64,000 nucleotides of DNA from Halobacteriovoraceae bacterium (GTDB lineage Bacteria; Bdellovibrionota; Bacteriovoracia; Bacteriovoracales; Bacteriovoracaceae), in the NCBI GenBank assembly GCA_963719505.1, contig CAVRCF010000004.1:96001-160000 (forward strand). Reading direction: 5' to 3'. Both the position numbers and the translations under genes were made by a program. The notes beneath the pieces are model-generated. The model was not told where the DNA came from. It saw only the letters and a list, made by a program, of their open reading frames with translations, and made no database searches. Below, in pieces: positions 18,555 to 27,926 of the stretch. Numbering within the stretch: position 1 is the stretch's first letter; every line of letters begins with the position of its first letter.

Positions 18555-20036
18555 TTAGCTTTCTTCGGTTTCAGATTCAGGATTACTTTTAATTTCTACC
18601 GTGACACCTTGTTTTTCCATCTTTAAAGCCCACTGATCGAGATGATCTTTGATCGTCGGATCTAGATATTGAACTTCTCGAAGACAAACCTCTAGGTTGG
18701 AGGGATAGTTTTCACCCGCATCTTTAAGTTCTCGGTTGAGGACTGGAAGATCTAAGAATGATAACTTACCTGTAAAGGTTAAAACTTTATTTCCATACTC
18801 TTCTTTGACAACCAAATCGTACTTTAGGACTTCGAACAGGAGGATAAAAATGGCGACGAGAAATCCTGCTACAACACCGATGAGTAAGTCGACAGTTATC
18901 GTAAGGATAAAAGTTGTAGCAAATATCCATGAGGTCTTATTATATTTCTTTATATAGTCAAGAATATGAGACAGATCTAAAAGCTTAAAGCCTATGAAAA
19001 AGAGAATACCAACTAGGGAGGCGATTGGGATCAGTTCTAAAACAGCAGGGATAAAGAAAATGAGCATGATCCACACAGCATGGAGGATACCTGCAAGTTT
19101 TGTTTTAGCTCCTGCCTCAACGTTTGCGGCACTTCTAGATATAACTCCAACCACAGGTATAGTTCCTATAAACCCAGCAAATAGATTTCCAATCCCTTGG
19201 GCAAGAATTGTTTTATTGTACTTGGAATGGGTGTGAGTCATTTTATCGAGGGCACTTACACAAAGCATCGTTTCAACACTTGCAACAAAGGCGAAACCTA
19301 TTGAATACAATACAAGGTTAATATTCAACGACTCTATCGCATTAGAGTAATGTATATTAGCAAAAATTTCACTGAAACTACTCGAGAGATGAACTTTTGG
19401 AATGTCCCAGCCAAATATTGATGTAATAGCTGCGGTTATAATAACGGCAACAAGAGACCCAGGGATGAGGTGAAAGATGATAGATTTTTGTCTCGACCAA
19501 AAAATCATAATTCCTAAAACGAGAACAACGATAGTTCCACCAAAAATTAATGAGTCACTACCACTTGAAAAGCCGGAACTTACAACATTTGGTAGGTTAA
19601 AAATATTCATATAACTATCACTACTCATGGGTTGACCAAAGAAGATAAAGACTTGGGAAATAATGATGAGAAAGCCAATTCCAGAGAGCATTGCCTTCAC
19701 CAGAGCTGGTGGGGTCGCCTGAAAGAGATGCCCAACCTTAAAAAGAGCAATTGAAATTTGAAAGACTCCTGTAATGACACCAAGAGAAATGAGCGCCGAT
19801 GCACCAAAGTTTTGAACGACGTGAAGAACCATTACGGCCAATCCCGTGGATGGACCACTTATCTGTAAAGGGGAGCCAGTAAGTGTCGATGCTACGAGTC
19901 CACCAATTATTGCACAAGTAAGCCCAAGGTAGGGTTCAACTCCTGCCGCAACAGCAACTCCCAGAGAGATTGGCAGGGCCACCAAAAAGACAACAAGGGA
20001 CGAGAATATATCTTTTGTTATAATTTTCTTGTTCAT
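18555..20036 (-). CDS. SulP family anion (bicarbonate/sulfate) transporter with short STAS-like domain
   Basis: VVFLVALPISLG, QISGPSTG, QGIGN, ISRSAANVEAGAKT motifs; many TM helices. Confidence 0.92.
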   Translation of the reverse strand: MNKKIITKDIFSSLVVFLVALPISLGVAVAAGVEPYLGLTCAIIGGLVASTLTGSPLQISGPSTGLAVMVLHVVQNFGASALISLGVITGVFQISIALFKVGHLFQATPPALVKAMLSGIGFLIIISQVFIFFGQPMSSDSYMNIFNLPNVVSSGFSSGSDSLIFGGTIVVLVLGIMIFWSRQKSIIFHLIPGSLVAVIITAAITSIFGWDIPKVHLSSSFSEIFANIHYSNAIESLNINLVLYSIGFAFVASVETMLCVSALDKMTHTHSKYNKTILAQGIGNLFAGFIGTIPVVGVISRSAANVEAGAKTKLAGILHAVWIMLIFFIPAVLELIPIASLVGILFFIGFKLLDLSHILDYIKKYNKTSWIFATTFILTITVDLLIGVVAGFLVAIFILLFEVLKYDLVVKEEYGNKVLTFTGKLSFLDLPVLNRELKDAGENYPSNLEVCLREVQYLDPTIKDHLDQWALKMEKQGVTVEIKSNPESETEES

Positions 20037-20244
20037 AAAATTTTCCTCTTGAATGTGAAAGTACCTTTAATTTTGCCGTTTTAAACCCCTGTAGGCAATA
20101 AAAATGGCATAGACACGGTTTCGTGACTATTTTTTTTGCACAGCACAGTAAAAGTGCGTTGCACTGATGATTGCTGACAATGTCTTCGATGTAAGGCATA
20201 TTATTAACTTTGGTTCCCAAAAATTATAGTTCAGGGCAAGTATT

Positions 20245-20475
20245 ATGAAATTTCACTTCGACAAAAGTAAGCTCAGCGATCATTTGAGAGAAAAACAAAA
20301 AATTAAAGGCACGTTTGACTCACCATGCATGTCTATTTGTAACTACGACAGCGCGACAAGTGTGTGTCAAACCTGTGGGCTAATGAAAGAGGAGAAGAAG
20401 CTTTGGAAAGTCTCTGATGACTCCGTCAAAGAGAAGATCGCAACTTCCGTTATTGAAAGAACTGAGCATAAATAA
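20245..20475 (+). CDS. DUF1289 family small Cys-rich protein
   Basis: SPCMSICNYD...CQTCG...E...W. Confidence 0.8.
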   Translation: MKFHFDKSKLSDHLREKQKIKGTFDSPCMSICNYDSATSVCQTCGLMKEEKKLWKVSDDSVKEKIATSVIERTEHK

Positions 20476-20830
20476 GCACAAGACTTAGAATCATCAATGT
20501 AAGCAGTGTAAAAAGCATTCCTGAAACTCTAAACTTTATGATATCAGAGACAATTCCTTTAAAGTGGAGGAGTCTACCTATAAAAATCATCAGCCCCAGT
20601 ACAGTAATAAATGAGTTGGGTAGCGCTGCTGTGTTTTCAAGTAAGAATAAAAGAATAAGGAGAAAAGGAGTATAAGCTTGAAAGTTTGAGTGTGCACTCA
20701 TTGCTTTGAGCATCTGGGGATTATTGCCATCACCCAAAGAAATCTTTAAACGTCTTCTTGTTTTGATAACGAATACAGAGAGGTAGAAGTAAAAGACTCC
20801 GAGGATGGCCGCGATAATAGAGGTGATCAT
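20450..20830 (-). CDS. MAPEG family membrane protein
   Basis: R..LKISLGDGN...AHSNF..Y.P...GRLLH. Confidence 0.88.
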   Translation of the reverse strand: MITSIIAAILGVFYFYLSVFVIKTRRRLKISLGDGNNPQMLKAMSAHSNFQAYTPFLLILLFLLENTAALPNSFITVLGLMIFIGRLLHFKGIVSDIIKFRVSGMLFTLLTLMILSLVLIYAQFFQ

Positions 20831-20840
20831 ATATTCTCCT

Positions 20841-21725
20841 TTAAATAAAGTTTTCTATTCTTTTATTAATTTCTTGCTCTAATCTCATGCGACTTTCTTT
20901 GCTCTCTTTTGTCAAAAATGAAAGATGGGTTTTGGATATCTTGCGGTCAAACCAAAAATGACCGCTTTCAAAAGAGTGACATATTAAGAAACAAATTGTG
21001 TCAGCTCCCATTTGAGTTGTTCTAAGTCTATTTCCCATATTCGTATAGAATCCTGGAAGAGCATCTTTGACCGCTTTGGTTTCAACCCATCCCGGATGGA
21101 TGGTCGCAAAATTAAAGTCTGGATACTTCTTGGCCAAAATTTCACCCATGATAACCTGAGCTCTTTTAACATTGGCATAGGTTGCAACCTTGTCATAGCT
21201 ATCGTTGGAAAAAAGATTCTTTAGGTTTAATTTCTTTAGCAACATCCCACCAGAACTTGTGATGATGATTTTGGCATTCTTACTAAGTTTCTTGGCGTTG
21301 TTTAATCGATGAAATAAAATAATATGACCTAGGAGTTGGCTGGCGCATTGAAGCTCCACGCCCTGTGAGTTTTCTTTATATTCACTGGGCATGGCCCCGG
21401 CATTTAAGATGAGATTGTCAATAATTGGAAGTGTACTAATAAAAGAATCGATATCACTCCAACAAGAGACATCCCACTCAATAAATGTTCTCTTACTTTT
21501 TTGGACGTATTTATCTTTATTCCTTCCAACGACAAAAACTTCTTCGCCTTCAAAAAAGTCTGCGACAGCTTCCCCAATGCCGCTCGTTCCACCTGTGATA
21601 AATATAGTTCCGGGATGATCTTTTTTCAACTTATCAAAGTATTCTTTTTTATGTCTTTTGAAGCCGCTTCTGTCAAAGGAGAAAAAGATTGATTTATCTA
21701 GTAATGTGTTCCAAAGTTTCTTCAT
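20841..21725 (-). CDS. Short-chain dehydrogenase (DHRS12-like)
   Basis: TGGTSGIG, NAG, SSGGM, YANVK, HPGWVET, QMGADTI. Confidence 0.88.
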   Translation of the reverse strand: MKKLWNTLLDKSIFFSFDRSGFKRHKKEYFDKLKKDHPGTIFITGGTSGIGEAVADFFEGEEVFVVGRNKDKYVQKSKRTFIEWDVSCWSDIDSFISTLPIIDNLILNAGAMPSEYKENSQGVELQCASQLLGHIILFHRLNNAKKLSKNAKIIITSSGGMLLKKLNLKNLFSNDSYDKVATYANVKRAQVIMGEILAKKYPDFNFATIHPGWVETKAVKDALPGFYTNMGNRLRTTQMGADTICFLICHSFESGHFWFDRKISKTHLSFLTKESKESRMRLEQEINKRIENFI

Positions 21726-21767
21726 AGAGAAATCCTAACTTAAAGTTCATGAAAAGGAAAAAATGCT

Positions 21768-22121
21768 ATGGCAAAAAACGTATTAGGCACGCAGCTAGAG
21801 TCTTGTAGCCATGACCCATTAACGGGTTGGTTTAGAGATGGTTGTTGTAATACAGACCTTGGAGACGAGGGAATTCATACGGTCTGTGGAATAATGACTG
21901 AGGATTTCTTGGATTATATGGTCTCTGTTGGAAATGACTTAAAGTCATCAAACCCACACTTTCCTGGTCTGAAAGCTGGAGACTCTTGGTGTTTGTGTGC
22001 CTGGGCTTGGCTTAGGGCTTATAAAGAGGGAGTTGCGTGTAAGGTTAATCTTGCTGCAACCCATGAAGAAACGTTGGCCATGATCTCCTTAGATGCTTTG
22101 AAGACTTACTCACATGTCTAG
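21768..22121 (+). CDS. DUF2237 family protein
   Basis: NVLGTQLESCS.DPLTGWFRDGCC, HTVC, FPGLKAGDSWCLCA. Confidence 0.92.
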   Translation: MAKNVLGTQLESCSHDPLTGWFRDGCCNTDLGDEGIHTVCGIMTEDFLDYMVSVGNDLKSSNPHFPGLKAGDSWCLCAWAWLRAYKEGVACKVNLAATHEETLAMISLDALKTYSHV

Positions 22122-22184
22122 TCTTATTTAATTGATCATTGATATTTTGAAAAGAATTTAAAGTGGGGCGGTTTTGGTTATAAA

Positions 22185-22213
22185 GTAGAGGAAAGCTTGA
22201 TACTTTCCTCTAC
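22185..22213. terminator. Hairpin between convergent DUF2237 and small acidic peptide genes
   Basis: gtagaggaaag-cttgata-ctttcctctac, perfect 11-bp stem. Confidence 0.65.
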
Positions 22214-22231
22214 ATTGGCATTACTTATTTT

Positions 22232-22408
22232 TTACTCTTCGTCTTCCATTCCAGCAGAAGTATCTTCAGACTCATCGTCCTCAAAAACATCTTCAGATGT
22301 AGTTGTAGTCATAGACGAATCGTCATCTTCACCGGATGCATGAGCTACTTGAGCACCAACTGACATGATAAACACAAAAAGAGCTAGCATGCTTAGTAAT
22401 TTTGTCAT
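22232..22408 (-). CDS. Small secreted acidic peptide (58 aa; absent from the ORF track)
   Basis: RBS AGGAG 7 nt upstream of ATG; MTKLLSMLALFVFIMSVGAQVAHA signal peptide followed by SGEDDDSSMTTTTSEDVFEDDESEDTSAGMEDEE; hairpin downstream. Confidence 0.75.
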   Translation of the reverse strand: MTKLLSMLALFVFIMSVGAQVAHASGEDDDSSMTTTTSEDVFEDDESEDTSAGMEDEE

Positions 22409-22734
22409 TTCTTTTCTCCTAAATCCTATTTAAAGGTTTGGTCTAATTTTAGACCGGTGGTTTGGTTTTTAAGGCCAAACACGTTGTTACTTTTTCATAC
22501 TCATTCGGAACAGAACAAACTTCGCTTTAAATATATTTGCATAAGTTTTATCTTTTCTTCTCTTTCTCTTCTCCCTATAGCAGCTATGCTAGGAGAACAG
22601 ATATTGAGTATCTTTGGCTATTGTAATCCAAACCTGTCTGAGCGCCAAGAAAATTGTGAAGGGTAGCTTTTGGTAGGAAGAAAAATAGTGATCAAGCTGT
22701 CCCCCAGATCTGGGGGAGCCAAAGTGGAGGAAGG

Positions 22735-24033
22735 CTAGTTTAAGCCTTCTTTATAGAACGCCAATGCTCGATGATAGGATTCTCTATGGTCCACCATCTC
22801 CTTTGGGTAATCATCTGATCCATATTCGGGGACCCATTTCTTGATGTACTCAAATTGTGGATCGAACTTCTTTTGTTGCGTATAGGGGTTGAAAATTCGG
22901 AAATAAGGGGCGGCATCGCATCCAGTTCCGGCAACCCATTGCCAATTACCATTATTAGCAGACAGTTCAAAGTCGAGAAGCTTCTTTGCAAAGTAGCGTT
23001 CACCCCAGCGCCAATCAATGAGCAGATGTTTAACGAGGAAGCTTCCGGCCATCATTCTGACTCGGTTGTGCATAAAACCCGTCTCATTTAGCTCCCTCAT
23101 GCCAGCGTCGACAATAGGGTAACCTGTGCGTCCATCACACCATTTTTGAAACTCTTTTTTGTCATTTTTCCACTTGAGTGAGGAGTATTTTTCCTTAAAA
23201 GGAGCATCCACGACATGGGGAAAGTGATAAAGTATCTGCATGAAAAACTCTCGCCAAACCAACTCTGAGAGCCAAACTTGATTGAGAGCATGACCCACTT
23301 TTACACACTTTCTTACTGAGACAACCCCAAATCTTAGGTGAAGACCCAAATGTGTTGTGCCCACTATCGCCGGAAAATCTCTGTTTTTGTCATAGTTCTC
23401 TACGATCGGTTTCTTTATACTACTCACTTTGTTGTGAACTTGTGCTTTTTCAAAACCCATGGACTTTAAAGTTGGAATATTTGTCTTCTTTTGTTGAAAA
23501 ATATTCTTTAGTAATTTTTTAGAGCCAAAGGCCTCGCATAGACTGATATCAAATTGGGAGAGCCATTTGTTTTTAAAAGGGGTGAAAACGGTATAAGGTT
23601 TTCCATCATTTTTTAAGACATCATCTTTATGAAAAATGACTTGATCTTTAAATGAATGAAACTTTATTTGGTTTTTCTCTAATAACTTTGAGATCTTCTC
23701 ATCTCTTTTGATCGCGTAGGGCTCGTAGTCTTCATTGGTGAATACTTCATCGATATCATAATCCTCTATGATCTTTTTCCAAGCCTCCAAAGGAGAGGAA
23801 TAATAAAAGCTTATGCCGCCGCCATTTTTAGCAAGTTCTTCATTCATATCACTGAGATTGTCGTGAATAAATTGAAGCCTTGCATCCTCTTTATCTTCAA
23901 GTTTCTCGAGAATTTCTTTATCAAAAATAAAAACCGGTAGAACTTTATTTTTGCCCTTTAGAGCGTGGTAAAAGCCTGCGTTGTCATCGAGTCTCAAATC
24001 TCTTCGAAACCAAAAGATATTAATTTTGCCCAT
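22735..24033 (-). CDS. phrB: Deoxyribodipyrimidine (CPD) photolyase
   Basis: WFRRDLRLDDN, ELVWREFF, GRTGYPIVDAGMREL..TGFMHNRVRM, NNGNWQW, YFRIFNP. Confidence 0.96.
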   Translation of the reverse strand: MGKINIFWFRRDLRLDDNAGFYHALKGKNKVLPVFIFDKEILEKLEDKEDARLQFIHDNLSDMNEELAKNGGGISFYYSSPLEAWKKIIEDYDIDEVFTNEDYEPYAIKRDEKISKLLEKNQIKFHSFKDQVIFHKDDVLKNDGKPYTVFTPFKNKWLSQFDISLCEAFGSKKLLKNIFQQKKTNIPTLKSMGFEKAQVHNKVSSIKKPIVENYDKNRDFPAIVGTTHLGLHLRFGVVSVRKCVKVGHALNQVWLSELVWREFFMQILYHFPHVVDAPFKEKYSSLKWKNDKKEFQKWCDGRTGYPIVDAGMRELNETGFMHNRVRMMAGSFLVKHLLIDWRWGERYFAKKLLDFELSANNGNWQWVAGTGCDAAPYFRIFNPYTQQKKFDPQFEYIKKWVPEYGSDDYPKEMVDHRESYHRALAFYKEGLN

Positions 24034-24041
24034 ATTTGCCT

Positions 24042-25418
24042 CTACTTGGAAAAATGATTCCCAATTACCTTCTTGCGATAATTGAAAATACTTTCTACAT
24101 CTCGTTTAACATACCAACCGGCTACGGTTCTACCAAAACTCCCCAGAGGTAGTTTGTAGACGACATGATCCTTTATTAAGGTTCCGCCATTAACCTCGGT
24201 AAAGGTATGAGTGTGAACCCACTTGTTGTAAGGTCCCTTCTGTTGCTGATCTATAAACATTTCATTCTCTTCAAACTTACTAATAAGTGTTTTCCATTTA
24301 AAAGGAATTCCTCGAAGCTTTAGTTTGTAGTCAATTAAGGAGCCTTTTTGTATATTATCTGTGCTCATTCCTAGAACTTTAAATTGAAGATATTCCGGAG
24401 TTATTTTTTCAAGATTCTTTGCTTCTTTAAAAAAATCAAAAACAACATCCTTAGGCTCTTCTATCCATTGCTGTTCAAGTAAGAGTCCTTCTCCTTGCAC
24501 TTCGAATCGAAGAAGATTTCTCAGGGCATCTTCTAACTCTGAGAATTTAAACTTAAAGCCACTTTTTATAAAAGAGGTCGGCTCTATTCTTTGAGAAGAG
24601 AGAACAATTTTTGACATTTGTCCTAAAATTAACTTTAGAATCATTGCTGGTACAGGAAGAAAGGTTATTTTTCCTAAGACTTTATTTAATGTTTTTGTAA
24701 ATTGAGCGTTAGTCACTGGTTTTAATGAAACACCATTGAAGATTGTTTGAGTGGTTTCATTCTCAATAAGATAAATAAACATAGAGACAAGGTCATCGAT
24801 ATGAATCCAACTCATGAACTGATCACCACTGCCTAAACGTCCACCCAAATTAAATTTAAAGGCGGGAAGCATCTTTTGAAGGGCCCCACCTTGGGTAGAC
24901 AGAACAATACCAATTCTAATAATTGCTTTTGTTATTCCCTCTTGAGTATCTTGTAATAAAGTGTCTTCCCACTGCTTACACACATCGGCAAGAAAACCAT
25001 CTGCAGCTTTTTGCTCTTCATTAATAAGTTGTTCTGAACAGTCGCCATAAATTCCTATCGCTGAAGCTTGAATAAATTTAGTCTTCTGATTTGGATATTT
25101 TTTTAAAGCATCTATTAACAACTTAGTTGAATCGACACGAGAGTTGAGAATTCTGCGCTTGGTTTCTTCTGTCCAATATGATGCTACATTTTCTCCTGCC
25201 AGGTGAACAATATAGTCAACTCCCTCCACAGCTTTATCTTCTAGAGATTTTCTTTCAACATCCCACTCATAAAATGAAAGGGGAAGAAGGATCTCCTTTT
25301 TTGCTTTGGTGGCGTCTCTCGTTAAGATTCTTATCTCATAGCGATTAGACTCTATGAGAGCATCGAGCAGATGTGTTCCTACTAAACCCGTGGCACCAGT
25401 GATAAGTATTGTTTTCAT
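24042..25418 (-). CDS. TIGR01777 (YfcH/SDR39U1-like) epimerase fused to C-terminal SRPBCC domain
   Basis: GATGLVG, HLAGENV, RIGIVL, GSGDQFMSWIHIDD; C-terminal NLEKITP...F.D.Q..GPY..W.HTH.F. Confidence 0.9.
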   Translation of the reverse strand: MKTILITGATGLVGTHLLDALIESNRYEIRILTRDATKAKKEILLPLSFYEWDVERKSLEDKAVEGVDYIVHLAGENVASYWTEETKRRILNSRVDSTKLLIDALKKYPNQKTKFIQASAIGIYGDCSEQLINEEQKAADGFLADVCKQWEDTLLQDTQEGITKAIIRIGIVLSTQGGALQKMLPAFKFNLGGRLGSGDQFMSWIHIDDLVSMFIYLIENETTQTIFNGVSLKPVTNAQFTKTLNKVLGKITFLPVPAMILKLILGQMSKIVLSSQRIEPTSFIKSGFKFKFSELEDALRNLLRFEVQGEGLLLEQQWIEEPKDVVFDFFKEAKNLEKITPEYLQFKVLGMSTDNIQKGSLIDYKLKLRGIPFKWKTLISKFEENEMFIDQQQKGPYNKWVHTHTFTEVNGGTLIKDHVVYKLPLGSFGRTVAGWYVKRDVESIFNYRKKVIGNHFSK

Positions 25419-25871
25419 TTATTTTCCTATGAGGTCTTTTTTCATTTCTTCTTTGGCCGGATACTTTCCAATCCACGGGGCGAGCGCTAGTTTTGCTATC
25501 GTGGCTTCACTACTTTCATGAGTGACCTTGCCATTTTTAGAAATCGTGAGTTTTTGGTTTTCTGTTTTGAGTTCAAGTGTGTCACCTTCTTTCAAATCAG
25601 AGGTCGTTTCAATGAGCCATTTCTTGGCCTTAATCTCTTCAGGTTTTGTGTACTTCTCAAGGCCTGTCTCCCAACCTTCAACTGAATACTTTTTTTCTAC
25701 GTCACGCAGGTACTTTAACGAAATCTTTTGGTTCTCCCCATCTTTTAGGTATGAAGCTTTGTAGACGTCAATACCAAACATCGTAACTTCTAACAGGTGA
25801 GTTCCAATTAATTTGTATTGACCTGCAATTGCCGAGGAGACGATGAGAAATAAGAGGATAATTTTTTTCAT
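25419..25871 (-). CDS. Chalcone-isomerase-like secreted protein
   Basis: Signal peptide; G...FGIDVYKASY, DLKEGDTL, WIG..P...MK..LIG. Confidence 0.75.
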   Translation of the reverse strand: MKKIILLFLIVSSAIAGQYKLIGTHLLEVTMFGIDVYKASYLKDGENQKISLKYLRDVEKKYSVEGWETGLEKYTKPEEIKAKKWLIETTSDLKEGDTLELKTENQKLTISKNGKVTHESSEATIAKLALAPWIGKYPAKEEMKKDLIGK

Positions 25872-26605
25872 GTAAGTTTTCCTTTGATTTTTATAATTCC
25901 TAGAAAATGGAGGACTTTTGCTATTTGATAAGTGACATCCACTTCAAAAAAGCGATAGGCAAAATTCATTCTTTTACCGTTTTTATGGTGATTGTTTTGA
26001 TAAAGCTCGCCCATCAGTAAGAAGTCTACTGGTAGCGTATTTTTACTATTATCTCCTAAATCAAAGTTACTGTAACCAAATTTATGTCCGGCGTAATTGA
26101 CGATTGCTCCCTGTATAGGCCCCATAAAGAAATGAACCAATAAAAACGGGTAAAAGTACCACTGTACGTCAAAGAAAAAATACATAACGAAGTAGATGGC
26201 AATCCAAAGTATCGTATTCCAATGGCTTTGTGAGAAACGGTCTAAACCTTTCCAATCCTTAAAATGAAGAGAAGTCTGGTGGTCTAACTGATTTGAGTCA
26301 TCAATTAAGCCCATATATTTTTCATATGTTTTTAACATCAAACGAACGAGATTTGGCTCTTGAATCGGTGAATGGGGATCAAGCTCTGTATCAGAGTGTT
26401 TATGATGTTCCATATGCATTAAAGCGTAGCTACTTGGGTGAAGAAAGCTTGGACCCTGAGTGAGCCAAGTTAAAAAATAAAAAGTCCTTTCCCAAAATGA
26501 GGATAGTTTATACATCTCGTGAGAGCAGTATCGATGTAGGAAAAATGTTTGAAAAAACAGCGAACTAAACCAGTGGGCCGTAATTAAAATAAGTACTGTC
26601 AGCAT
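25868..26605 (-). CDS. Membrane fatty-acid (acyl-CoA delta-9-like) desaturase
   Basis: His boxes HRYCSH, HMEHH..SD...DPHSP, GELYQNNHH. Confidence 0.92.
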   Translation of the reverse strand: MLTVLILITAHWFSSLFFQTFFLHRYCSHEMYKLSSFWERTFYFLTWLTQGPSFLHPSSYALMHMEHHKHSDTELDPHSPIQEPNLVRLMLKTYEKYMGLIDDSNQLDHQTSLHFKDWKGLDRFSQSHWNTILWIAIYFVMYFFFDVQWYFYPFLLVHFFMGPIQGAIVNYAGHKFGYSNFDLGDNSKNTLPVDFLLMGELYQNNHHKNGKRMNFAYRFFEVDVTYQIAKVLHFLGIIKIKGKLT

Positions 26606-26823
26606 AAAATCCTCTTTATGTGGTTATTGTAGTGCCTAGAAAATGGAATTTCTACATTGTCGAACTCATGTATACATTTTATTGCAACCTTATTACTGGG
26701 AACTTTGGAAAAAGGTTACACACAATCGTATATGTGTAGAATATTACAAGGTTACTAATTTTGTTTTATTTCACTCTACATATGTCTATAATTTGACAAA
26801 ATAAATTTAAATAGGGGTTTCAA

Positions 26824-27600
26824 TTGACATTTATAATGCTCTTCGTCTTTTTTAATGTTTTCTATGTTATAGCGCGGTTTAAGAATGACTACGGTATCAT
26901 CGATGTCGCTTGGGGCTTGGCATTTTTCATTATCTTTTTAAGTTCCAATTATAGCGCCGTCCTCGCTGGTGATATAAGATACAATGTTTTGGGACTCGCG
27001 GTTTTTTTATGGGCCGTTAGACTCTCTGGATATATCCTCTATCGAAATTTGAAGTCTAATCACGAAGATAAACGCTATAAAGAGATGCGAGAAGATTATG
27101 GCGATAAAGTTGAAATAAAGATGTACATAAGAGTTTATATGCTCCAAGCAGTCTTGGCTTTAGTCCTTGGGATTGAACTGTACTTAATTTCATTTGACCA
27201 CTTTGAAAACTATAATACTTTTGGTTCAAAAACTGACCTCATTGGCCTTTTTATTTTTATCATTGGTTTTATTTGCGAAGCCCTAGCAGACTATCAAAAA
27301 GACCAGTTCAAATCTAAGCCTGGAAATACAAACAAAACCTGTAAAGTTGGTCTTTGGAGATATTCTCGACATCCCAATTACTTTGGCGAGTCTTTGTTGT
27401 GGTTTGGAATAGGTATTATTTGTCTAAACTATCTTCCTTTATATTTGGCATTTATTGGGCCATTATTGTTGACTATCTTTCTTTTAAAAGTCTCAGGAGT
27501 AACAATGCTTGAGAAAACTTACTCGGACAGAGAAGACTTTGAAGAATACAAGGAGAGGACAAGTGCGTTCATTCCTTGGTTTCCTAAGGAGAAAAAATGA
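26824..27600 (+). CDS. DUF1295 (steroid 5-alpha reductase-like) membrane protein
   Basis: IIDVAWG, WAVRL, EDKRY, ADYQK, GLWRYSRHPNYFGE, Y..RTSAFIPWFP; TTG start with RBS agggg. Confidence 0.92.
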   Translation: MTFIMLFVFFNVFYVIARFKNDYGIIDVAWGLAFFIIFLSSNYSAVLAGDIRYNVLGLAVFLWAVRLSGYILYRNLKSNHEDKRYKEMREDYGDKVEIKMYIRVYMLQAVLALVLGIELYLISFDHFENYNTFGSKTDLIGLFIFIIGFICEALADYQKDQFKSKPGNTNKTCKVGLWRYSRHPNYFGESLLWFGIGIICLNYLPLYLAFIGPLLLTIFLLKVSGVTMLEKTYSDREDFEEYKERTSAFIPWFPKEKK

Positions 27601-27926
27601 ACAAGAAAATTTTGATCATCCTCTTTTTGACGTTATTTGCATTAATGTTGGGCTCCACCATCTATGCGTCTGGCCATCAAAACTTATTCACCGAGTTCTC
27701 TTTTTCTGGAAGCCCAGAGTGGTTTAAGGCCACGTTAATTGATTTCTATATTAACCAGTTCATTATTTGGCTTGCAAGTTGTTACTTTGTTCGTGGAAGC
27801 TTTAAGCGCTTTATTTGGTTAATCGTTTTTATTACTCTCGGGAGTATGGGAACATGCGCCTTTTTACTAATAAGACTATTTCAAAATAAATCTCTTGTCC
27901 AAAGAGACCATAAGGAGCTTATGTGA
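27597..27926 (+). CDS. DUF1475-like small membrane protein
   Basis: PEWFKATLIDFY...W.....LGS motif; 3 TM. Confidence 0.7.
   Translation: MNKKILIILFLTLFALMLGSTIYASGHQNLFTEFSFSGSPEWFKATLIDFYINQFIIWLASCYFVRGSFKRFIWLIVFITLGSMGTCAFLLIRLFQNKSLVQRDHKELM

Noticed and set aside
22457-22666. 69-aa plus-strand ORF downstream of phrB
   Set aside because: No RBS, atypical composition, and it overlaps the leader/promoter of the better-supported minus-strand peptide
22700-22717. GC-rich palindrome TCCCCCAGATCTGGGGGA after phrB
   Set aside because: Single copy with no U-tract; probably an mRNA 3' stem or atypical terminator, and nothing more can be supported
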